Positions 39,492-47,459 of a DNA stretch of 64,000 bases are shown here, piece after piece. Numbering within the stretch: the stretch's first letter is position 1; the number at the start of each line of letters is the position of its first letter. This DNA is from Candidatus Omnitrophota bacterium (GTDB lineage Bacteria; Omnitrophota; Gorgyraeia; Zapsychrales; Fredricksoniimonadaceae). The notes beneath the pieces were generated by a model. It did not search any database. It was not told the origin of the DNA and saw only the letters and a list, made by a program, of their open reading frames with translations. Position numbers and translations under genes: made by a program. The stretch lies in assembly GCA_028865345.1 (NCBI GenBank), contig JAGWKL010000002.1:128665-192664 (forward strand), read 5' to 3'.

Positions 39492-41848
39492 TTTAAAAGA
39501 CCGATCCTTTGCCGGGCATAGGACGCAGCCCTGCTGTTTTTATATTTATCCAGTATCTCCTCATAGGCTTTCAGGGCGTCGGGACGGCGCTTTTGGCGCT
39601 CAAAAATCCCGGCTGCCCTTAATAGACTCTCGGGGCAGTAATAATCGTCATCGTAAACCGTGGCCACCAGGAGATAATATTTGGCCGCCTCGTCCAGTTT
39701 CCCCTGGGCGCGATCGGCATTGGCCATCTCAAAGGCGGCATGCGCCGTGACTGTATAATCATCGGGATTTTCGTCCAAAGCCTTTTGGAATTCCTTTTCG
39801 GCCTCATCATACCTTTGCTGGGTCTCCAGGCATAAACCGTGGCCGATATGGGCGCTTCCGGTAAAGGCATTCTTAACACTTGAAGCTTCGACCGGATCGT
39901 AATACTTGGCCGCCTCATCGCAGCGCCCCAGCCCTCTCAAGGCTTCGGCTTTAAAATAATAAATTTCCGTCATGTCCAAAGGACCCGCTCCCCGGCTTCC
40001 AAGGCCGGAAAAACGTTTTTCCGCGTCGGCCGCCACACGAAGGACATCATCATATTTTTGTTCCTTCAGATATTGATTGCAAACCCACACATAGGTCGCC
40101 AGCTGCAGGTCATTAGGGCCCGGCAGGTTCATCAGGCGGTCAAAAAAATTCCTCGCCTGGTCGAAATTTTTCATGCCCAGATAAATGATCGCCATATTCT
40201 TGACGGCAGCCGGATAAAATTTTCCTCCTTCCTGGTTTTGGTCCACGTGCGCGTAGGCGGCCAGCGCCTGGCTGCTGTTGCCTGAAAGCTGAAGGTTATA
40301 TCCCAACAAGAAATACGCGGTATTTGCTTTTTGAGGCGAAGCTGAAGCCAAATACCCCTGCAGCAATTTGACCGCCTCGGCAGGCTGGTTGTCCTTGGCC
40401 AGGCTGTCCGCCAGGATAAACAAAACATTGCTATATTGCCGGGCCTTGGGAAATGTTTTTAAATATTCCCGGGCCCGATCGATCGCATCCCGGATATCGC
40501 CTGTCCGAACATCCATCATGATCGCGTTATATAATGCTTCCCCCTTTAAATCAGGCTGGCTTTCAAGATCATAATATTTCAAAAATAAAGCCTGGGCCTC
40601 TTTCAGGCGGCCCGCTCCCTCGCGGCAATGGGCCTCGCCCAATAGCGCCGCCTTATTAAAACGGGAACCAGGGAAATTCTGATAAACATTTTCAAAAAAA
40701 TTAAATGCTTTATCATATTCCCCCAGGCCGAAACAGCATTGGGCTTTCAGGAAAAATGTCTCGTCGGCATTCCCGGTATCGGCGGAAGAATACGCGTTCA
40801 ACAATGCCAGGGCGTCCTTATAATCTTTGTTACTGATAAAAATACCGGCTTTCTTGATAAAAATCCGGGCAGTCTCCCATGGTTTTAATCCCGGGAAGGC
40901 CAGCATGCGGTCCAGAAGTTTATTGGCCCGGTCATATTGTTTTAATTCAATATAGGCCATGACCGCCGCCAGGTGGACGTTAAAGTAAGATTCATCGTCC
41001 TTGATCCGGGACGCATATTTATGGTACTCGTCGAGCAATTGACCGTACTGCCCCAGATTGAAATAAGCCAAAAGCAGGTTGGCCAAGGCATCCTCATTGA
41101 GCCCCAGGGCCGGATACCCTTTGATCACCCGGTTGAATTCCTTGATGGCGCCGTCATATTGACCCGACAAAAACAGGACTGCGGCGATCCTATAATGCAA
41201 TTGGCCTTTAAGGGAGTCGTTCTCTGCCAGCGCCAAAGATTTGCTATACGCATCGAGGGCCTCCTGATCATGCCCCCCCTGAACCTCTATCTTGCCTATT
41301 TCCCTGAACGCATCGGCGGTATAGCCGGATGCCCCCTGGACTGCTGAAGCCTTTTGGAAAAAAGTAAGGGCTGAAGACCTATCTCCCTTATCTAAATAAG
41401 CGCGGGCCGTATAAAAATCAAACGATTGCAAAATCTGCCCCTTTAACTGTTTTCGATCAACGGACTCAAGCTCTTTTAAAGCCTCATCATATTGCTTTTG
41501 CTCGATGTCGATCTGCCCTAAACGCAAGATACTCACCGGTAATTTTCCGGAATGAGGGTAAAGTTGATTAAACTGCCTGAAAGCATCAACGGCCTTGTTA
41601 AATTCCCGGGACAAGAAATAACCCTCGCCCAGGGAAAGGTAGGCGTCCTGCAAAGACGGGCTGTGGGGATTTTCGGCAATGAACTTCCGGTATTGTGTAA
41701 TGGCCATCCCGTACATGCCGCGCGCAAGCAAACCCTGGGCAAAATCCAGCTCTTCCGCTTCCTGCACGCTGTCCTGGGCGTGCACAGGCACAGGGAACGC
41801 GCAACACACTGTGAAAATACCTGCGATAACAACGGTCCTGAAATTCAT
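39488..41848 (-). CDS. Periplasmic multi-TPR protein
   Basis: Signal peptide (VHA) followed by many TPR repeats; YbgF/BamD-like ends. Confidence 0.88.
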   Translation of the reverse strand: MNFRTVVIAGIFTVCCAFPVPVHAQDSVQEAEELDFAQGLLARGMYGMAITQYRKFIAENPHSPSLQDAYLSLGEGYFLSREFNKAVDAFRQFNQLYPHSGKLPVSILRLGQIDIEQKQYDEALKELESVDRKQLKGQILQSFDFYTARAYLDKGDRSSALTFFQKASAVQGASGYTADAFREIGKIEVQGGHDQEALDAYSKSLALAENDSLKGQLHYRIAAVLFLSGQYDGAIKEFNRVIKGYPALGLNEDALANLLLAYFNLGQYGQLLDEYHKYASRIKDDESYFNVHLAAVMAYIELKQYDRANKLLDRMLAFPGLKPWETARIFIKKAGIFISNKDYKDALALLNAYSSADTGNADETFFLKAQCCFGLGEYDKAFNFFENVYQNFPGSRFNKAALLGEAHCREGAGRLKEAQALFLKYYDLESQPDLKGEALYNAIMMDVRTGDIRDAIDRAREYLKTFPKARQYSNVLFILADSLAKDNQPAEAVKLLQGYLASASPQKANTAYFLLGYNLQLSGNSSQALAAYAHVDQNQEGGKFYPAAVKNMAIIYLGMKNFDQARNFFDRLMNLPGPNDLQLATYVWVCNQYLKEQKYDDVLRVAADAEKRFSGLGSRGAGPLDMTEIYYFKAEALRGLGRCDEAAKYYDPVEASSVKNAFTGSAHIGHGLCLETQQRYDEAEKEFQKALDENPDDYTVTAHAAFEMANADRAQGKLDEAAKYYLLVATVYDDDYYCPESLLRAAGIFERQKRRPDALKAYEEILDKYKNSRAASYARQRIGLLK

Positions 41849-41849
41849 T

Positions 41850-42272
41850 TTAAGGGTTCTCGTCCTTGATCGCTGAAAAAGAAATGTCCGTCAAATGGGA
41901 ATACCCGCAGGCATCCAGGGCCTGGATCACGTATTTATGGTAGGTCAGTGCGTCCGCGCGGATAATGACCTGCTGGTTCGGGAATAATTTGGACACATGG
42001 GCCAGCATAACCGTCAGTCCGTCCGGAGTATATTGCTTCTGGTTGACGATAAAACGGCCGTCCCTGGTGATATTGATGACGATCTTGCCGGCGCTTTGGG
42101 CGGACTGGACCGCTGTTTTGGATTTGGGAAGCGTCATATTGACCTGCGCTTCCATCTGGTTATAAACGGCAATGACCATAAAAAACATCAGGGCCCAGAA
42201 AGCAATGTCCACCAGAGGGGCCAGTTGGACGATCGGCCTTTGCCGTTGATATTCAGAGACGTCGAATTTCAT
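41850..42272 (-). CDS. exbD: ExbD/TolR family protein
   Basis: LAPLVDIAF with the conserved TM Asp, and VIIRAD. Confidence 0.9.
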   Translation of the reverse strand: MKFDVSEYQRQRPIVQLAPLVDIAFWALMFFMVIAVYNQMEAQVNMTLPKSKTAVQSAQSAGKIVINITRDGRFIVNQKQYTPDGLTVMLAHVSKLFPNQQVIIRADALTYHKYVIQALDACGYSHLTDISFSAIKDENP

Positions 42273-42293
42273 AAGCTTCTCTCCTCGTAATAT

Positions 42294-43040
42294 TTATCGG
42301 CCGTGGATCTTCTTGATGATGTCCGAGCTGTAAATCTCCACCATATTGGTGATCTGCTGGACATGGCCGCGGAAATAGGAATACGCCATCAACGCCGGGA
42401 TGGCGACGATGAGCCCGGAGGCCGTACAGACCATGGCCTTAGAGATGCCCGCAGCCAAAAGGGTCGTTTTAAGGCTGGCTGACTGCAAAGGCACCGCACG
42501 GAAGGCCTGGATCAATCCCAGCACAGTTCCCAACAGGCCCAAAAGGGGCGCCACAGCGACGATGTCGGAAAGATAACTGATGTTTTGCCAGAGATTGGTC
42601 AATTCAACGCGGGCGGTGTTCTCCATGGCTTCGCGGGCCAAATCATCATGGTGCTGCTTTCGTTCAAGGCCGGCCAGGACAATCTTGGCAATGATGGTGC
42701 TGTTTTCCTGGCGGCAGATGGTTTGGGCGCCGTTAAAATCCCTGCTGTTGAGCTTGTGCATCACCTCATCATATAGCCCGCGCGGGACAAGCTTATTGAC
42801 ATTAAGCATCATGACGTCATAAACGATAATGGCCACGGCCGCAACCGAGAGGAAACCTATGCCGATCATGGTTAAGCCTCCGGCCTTCAGCGTCTGCCAC
42901 AGCGTCATGTCCCCGGGCATATTAGCCCCTCCTGCGCCGGATCCGGACACTTGAGCATAGGCACAATGATGTCCGTTAAGTAAAAACAAAAGAACGAACA
43001 TCCCCAACATCCAAACCGGCATATTTTTCGCATTGATCAT
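42294..43040 (-). CDS. exbB: MotA/TolQ/ExbB proton channel protein
   Basis: APLLGLLGTVLGLI and AGISKAMVCTASGLIVAIP. Confidence 0.9.
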   Translation of the reverse strand: MINAKNMPVWMLGMFVLLFLLNGHHCAYAQVSGSGAGGANMPGDMTLWQTLKAGGLTMIGIGFLSVAAVAIIVYDVMMLNVNKLVPRGLYDEVMHKLNSRDFNGAQTICRQENSTIIAKIVLAGLERKQHHDDLAREAMENTARVELTNLWQNISYLSDIVAVAPLLGLLGTVLGLIQAFRAVPLQSASLKTTLLAAGISKAMVCTASGLIVAIPALMAYSYFRGHVQQITNMVEIYSSDIIKKIHGR

Positions 43041-43163
43041 GTGTCAACCCCCTCGTGATTTAAAAAATTCTACATTTTTAATTTTAACTTAAGAGACCCG
43101 CCAATACAAGAAGCAAGCAATGCAAATGTTGATTTATAAATTTTTAAATATAAAATACATCTC

Positions 43164-43853
43164 ATGCGAAAGTACTTGTTTATTTTATGTCTTTTGGTGC
43201 CGGTCTTGTGCCTGGAAGCCCGGGCCCAAGAGCAAACGCCCGAGCAGCTTTTACAAACCGTGCGCACCTCCCTGGTGGAAGTAAGGGCCGTAGCCACCAA
43301 GACCATCAGAGAAAATAACGGTGATGAAATAAGAGGAACCTACCATGCCACAGGTTCCGGCGTCATCCTTGACACCTATGGAAACATCGTCACCAATACC
43401 CATATCATCGCCAACGCCCAACGCATCTATGTCGGCCTCAGCGACGGCACCGTGCTCGAGGCAAAACGTGTATATTCCAGCGACGCTGACTTCAGCTTTA
43501 TCAAGGTCGATCCGCCCTACCCGCTTGATCCCATCAGCTGGGCTGATTCTTCACAAGCCGGGACAGGCACACCCATCATTGCGCTGACCAATAGCGACAA
43601 CGGCCAAGAGCACATCCTCGGCGGTGAAATCATCAAGCTTATCAATGGCGTTGATTCAGGCAGTGTGGAAATGTTTGAATTAAACCTTCCCCTTGTCCCC
43701 GGGGACAGCGGCGGCCCGCTTCTCGACAACGAAGGGCATTTGTTAGGACTGATCATGGGCAGGAAAACAAGCCAAGACGATAAAAGTTATGCCATAGCGT
43801 CCAATAAAATCCATCAAGAATACATGAACTACCAGCAAAATCTACCCAATTAA
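43164..43853 (+). CDS. Secreted trypsin-like (S1C) serine protease without PDZ
   Basis: Signal peptide, GSGVI, TNTHII (His), DFSF (Asp) and GDSGGP (Ser). Confidence 0.88.
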   Translation: MRKYLFILCLLVPVLCLEARAQEQTPEQLLQTVRTSLVEVRAVATKTIRENNGDEIRGTYHATGSGVILDTYGNIVTNTHIIANAQRIYVGLSDGTVLEAKRVYSSDADFSFIKVDPPYPLDPISWADSSQAGTGTPIIALTNSDNGQEHILGGEIIKLINGVDSGSVEMFELNLPLVPGDSGGPLLDNEGHLLGLIMGRKTSQDDKSYAIASNKIHQEYMNYQQNLPN

Positions 43854-43958
43854 ATAATATTCACAACTGGATTTAAAATGAAATACCAAAAGGCTTGAGT
43901 TGTACTTCCCTGCTATGCCGAACAGTTATCTCATCGCAAACGCTTTTAAACGGACAAT

Positions 43959-44405
43959 TTATCTGCCGTACATGGCCTGCAGCTGTTCGGTTGAAGGGAT
44001 CTGGTCGTAATATTCGCCCTGCGGGCCTATATAACCGTTCCCCGATCTTTTGAGCACCACCGCCGTATATCCTCCGGTGGAATTAGGGATATTGACCGTG
44101 ACCGTGTCCCCGGAATAGGTGATGTTGGTCACAGGAGCCGGTTGGCTGACAACTACCGGCGCCGGCTGTTGGACAACAGGTTTTTGGATTTGAGAACCCA
44201 CCGCGGCCCCGGTGACGGCGCCCAACGCGCCTCCGATCAAAGCCCCTGCCCCTGTGTCATGGCTTTGATGGCCTATAATACCCCCGGCCAGCATGCCCAG
44301 AGCGCCTCCGGCGGCGGCACCTTCGCCTTCATTATTATAGGGATTGCAGCCGGCAATAAAAGCGGCGAAAACAAACACTGTCAGGACATAAAAACATTTT
44401 TTCAT
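43959..44405 (-). CDS. Glycine-zipper lipoprotein with conserved C-terminal domain
   Basis: Lipobox IAGC and a GAAAGGALG glycine zipper; C-terminal domain shared with 36461-36994. Confidence 0.8.
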   Translation of the reverse strand: MKKCFYVLTVFVFAAFIAGCNPYNNEGEGAAAGGALGMLAGGIIGHQSHDTGAGALIGGALGAVTGAAVGSQIQKPVVQQPAPVVVSQPAPVTNITYSGDTVTVNIPNSTGGYTAVVLKRSGNGYIGPQGEYYDQIPSTEQLQAMYGR

Positions 44406-44477
44406 TTTAAATCTCCCCAAAAACAGACAATCTAAATTATAGCAAACGCTGAACTTATTTCATCTAAAATCCGCTTC

Positions 44478-44849
44478 TCAACACACAACTTCCACGGTCC
44501 AGTGTTCATTGACCCAAAGGCCGATAACCTGTTGACTGGGCCAATGCGACTTGAGGCGTTTGGCCGCATCGTTGATTTGCTGGCGGTGCAAATTTTCTGC
44601 AACAGGGTTGCCCCGGCAATCGTGGTGGCCCACCACAAAAAGCATGGTTGATTTATTTAAATTAACCGAGATGGCAACGCTGCGTAGAACTTCCCTGATA
44701 TCTTCCTGGTCAGCCAAAACATGGTCCATACCTGCCTCGGTGATCACATCCACAAAATCCACGGGATAGTTCTCTTTGATCCAGTGCAATACCGGCAATT
44801 GCACGCGGCCGTCCATACAATTAAGACATGTTGCCCGTTTATCCACCAT
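44478..44849 (-). CDS. Putative beta-carbonic anhydrase-like protein
   Basis: Zn-ligand motifs CMDGR and HHDC. Confidence 0.75.
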   Translation of the reverse strand: MVDKRATCLNCMDGRVQLPVLHWIKENYPVDFVDVITEAGMDHVLADQEDIREVLRSVAISVNLNKSTMLFVVGHHDCRGNPVAENLHRQQINDAAKRLKSHWPSQQVIGLWVNEHWTVEVVC

Positions 44850-45001
44850 TCCTCCGCTTAAAATGTTTTACCTATTCTAACCGCTCTGTCCTTTTAGACA
44901 ACGACAATTGCATAAAAGTTCCCCCAAAAGGCGCTTCCTGCCTCCCCGGGCTTGGTGGAAAGCGCCCTCTTTTTAACACGCCGGGCAAAAATAAACCACC
45001 C

Positions 45002-45232
45002 TTAAAACTCTTTGGTTAAAATGTTATAGATCGGTTGTGATCTCAGCCAAAGCGCGGCGGATTTTGCCGGATGTTGGGCGAGATACTGCTTGGCGTAACT
45101 ATTGATCCACTCCCTGCAAGCTCTTTCAAAGCCGATATCCTTCCCGGATTTTTCGCTTTCAATCCACTTATACCTGTTGATCTCATCCAGAACATCCTTG
45201 TCTTTCAACAGCTCTGTACTTGTGATGGACAT
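45002..45232 (-). CDS. Small hypothetical protein (DUF4032 C-terminal-like)
   Basis: EINRYKWIESEKSGKDIGFERACREW; strong AAGGAGGAG SD. Confidence 0.75.
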   Translation of the reverse strand: MSITSTELLKDKDVLDEINRYKWIESEKSGKDIGFERACREWINSYAKQYLAQHPAKSAALWLRSQPIYNILTKEF

Positions 45233-45383
45233 ATCTCCTCCTTGGAAAAAGAGAAAAAAACCGGACTTCTTAAATTTTGAATATTATAACACAAAAAAAA
45301 CGCAGACAAAAAAATAATCATAAAACCGGCCATCCGTAGTAATACTTATATGTCGACGGCCTCAAGAAAGATAAAATTTAAGC

Positions 45384-46007
45384 GTGGACACTTCCTTTAT
45401 CCTTCAAGCGGCGCTCACCGGCTTGTCCTTGGGGGCTTTCTGCCTGTCCTACTGTTTCCCTTTTTTGGCCACATTGATCGCCAGCACACCTCGAAGACCA
45501 AAGGAAAACTCAAAACTCATTTTTCAGTTCATTTTCGGCCGTTTCATCGGCTATCTGCTCTTCGGCTTCGCGTTCGGTTACGTAGGAGAAAAATTCCGCT
45601 CTCCTGTCCTGACCATCATGACGGATTTTTCCATGATCCTTATTTCTGTGATCCTGGTCCTTTATCTGTGCGGGGTCATCAAACAAAAAGAATCATGTTT
45701 GTGCTCAAAGTTCCATAACCGTAACGCCATGGCCATGGGCCTGCTCATGGGCATCAACATCTGCCCGCCGTTTTTGTTGTCCCTTCCCTATGTTTTCTCC
45801 CTGCACAGCACCTGGCTTGGGATTATTTATTTTATCGTTTTCTTTCTGACCAGTTCCGTCTATTTCCTGCCCATGATCTTTGTGGGAATGCTGGCCAGAA
45901 TAAAAGAATTCCGTTTGGTGGCCCGCATCAGCGGATTTATTTGTGCGGGCATTTTCACCTTCTCCGGATTCTATTCGCTGGTCCATATCTTGTTGCCCAA
46001 GCCGTAA
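45384..46007 (+). CDS. DsbD_2/TauE-like membrane protein with TM cysteines
   Basis: About 6 TMs, CLSYC, GRFIGY and NICPP. Confidence 0.75.
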   Translation: MDTSFILQAALTGLSLGAFCLSYCFPFLATLIASTPRRPKENSKLIFQFIFGRFIGYLLFGFAFGYVGEKFRSPVLTIMTDFSMILISVILVLYLCGVIKQKESCLCSKFHNRNAMAMGLLMGINICPPFLLSLPYVFSLHSTWLGIIYFIVFFLTSSVYFLPMIFVGMLARIKEFRLVARISGFICAGIFTFSGFYSLVHILLPKP

Positions 46008-46020
46008 AAATGGAGGTCTT

Positions 46021-46332
46021 ATGTTAGGCGGCGCGTTCCTTAACAGGCTTGACAAGTTCGGCATGTGGATCCTGATGGCCATGGTCCTCGGTTTCGTCAT
46101 GACCGGCTACGGCATGACCAAACACATCATGGACCCCGTGTTGGCCAAATACATCCATACCCAATTGCTGCCTCTACCGCTGCTCATATTCTTTTGCATC
46201 CATGTGATCAAAGGCGTCCGTAATCAATTTAAAAAATGGAAGATCTTCGATAATGACCGCACCCTGGACATCTACGCCTATGCCCTGGTGCTGTCCGTCA
46301 CCGCCATCCTGATCTGGCTGTTTTTCCGTTGA
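46021..46332 (+). CDS. Small 3-TM membrane protein with His residues
   Basis: GGAGG SD, MTGYG, KYIH and CIH; abuts the radical SAM gene. Confidence 0.7.
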   Translation: MLGGAFLNRLDKFGMWILMAMVLGFVMTGYGMTKHIMDPVLAKYIHTQLLPLPLLIFFCIHVIKGVRNQFKKWKIFDNDRTLDIYAYALVLSVTAILIWLFFR

Positions 46333-46334
46333 CC

Positions 46335-47459
46335 ATGGGTCCCATCGTCAAAAAAATTCTCGCCGGCCTGTTTTTACTCTTGATCGTCGGATCATCCGTA
46401 CTGGTGGCCATCCAGCGCCAGCGGACCATCGGCTTAGAAGAAGACCCTTCCAAATTCCATGAAGCCCTGTATTACAGCAAACTTTACGGCGGTCTTGTCC
46501 AATGCAAGCTTTGCCCCAATCTATGCATTCTGGCGCCCGGCGAATACGGCATCTGCAAGGCGCGCAAAAATATCAACGGAAAGCTCTATTCCCTGGTTTA
46601 TGGCAAGATCGCTGCCGCCCACCTTGACCCCATTGAAAAAAAACCGTTTTTTCATGTGCTGCCGGGGGCGCAGGCTTTCTCCATCGCGACCACCGGCTGC
46701 AACATCCAATGCCTTTTTTGCCAGAACTGGGAGATCTCACAGGCCTTTCCCTTTGATGTCCCCACCCGGTCCGCCAGCCCCAAACAGGTGGTGCAAGAGG
46801 CCCTGGCCAGCGGGGCCCGCGCCATTGCCTTTACTTACAGCGAGCCCGTCATTTCTTATGAATATGTGCTGGACATTGCGAAGCTGGCCAAACAAGCGGG
46901 CTTGAAAACACTCATGGTCAGCAACGGCTACATAGAGCAAAAACCGCTTAAACGCCTCCTTAAATACATCGACGCTTTTAAAGTGGATTTCAAAGGCTTT
47001 GATGAAAAGTTCTATACAAGGCTCACCGCCGGGCACTTGCAACCGGTCCTGGAAACCATGAAAACCATCCATCAAAGCGGCGTCTGGCTTGAGATCGTCA
47101 CGTTGCTTGTCACGGGACAAAACGACAGCGACAGGCAGATCCGGGGACTGGCGGACTGGATCAAAACCAACCTGGGAGATGATGTGCCTTTGCATTTCTC
47201 GCGCTTCTACCCCCAATACAAACTGCTCAATGTGCCGCCCACCCCGCCGGAAACCGTGATCCGGGCCCGTGACATCGCCATGCAGGAAGGGTTGAAATAC
47301 GTTTATACGGGAAACATCGACTACCCTCCGGGCGAAATCACCTTCTGTCCAGAATCAGGTGAAAAAGTCATCGTGCGCCGGGGCATGTTCACCATTTATA
47401 ACGGCCTGGTCAACGGGGCTTGCAGCGATGGAGAAAAAATCCCGGGGATTTGGGATTAA
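46335..47459 (+). CDS. amrS: AmmeMemoRadiSam-system radical SAM enzyme with N-terminal TM
   Basis: CKLCPNLC..C, DPIEKKP, CNIQCLFC, FTYSEP, PLHFSRF, YVYTGN and C-terminal IPGIW. Confidence 0.88.
   Translation: MGPIVKKILAGLFLLLIVGSSVLVAIQRQRTIGLEEDPSKFHEALYYSKLYGGLVQCKLCPNLCILAPGEYGICKARKNINGKLYSLVYGKIAAAHLDPIEKKPFFHVLPGAQAFSIATTGCNIQCLFCQNWEISQAFPFDVPTRSASPKQVVQEALASGARAIAFTYSEPVISYEYVLDIAKLAKQAGLKTLMVSNGYIEQKPLKRLLKYIDAFKVDFKGFDEKFYTRLTAGHLQPVLETMKTIHQSGVWLEIVTLLVTGQNDSDRQIRGLADWIKTNLGDDVPLHFSRFYPQYKLLNVPPTPPETVIRARDIAMQEGLKYVYTGNIDYPPGEITFCPESGEKVIVRRGMFTIYNGLVNGACSDGEKIPGIWD

Noticed and set aside
47410-47459. 50-bp convergent overlap as an antisense regulatory system
   Set aside because: It is more simply a stop-codon loss extending a non-conserved tail; nothing further supports regulation.
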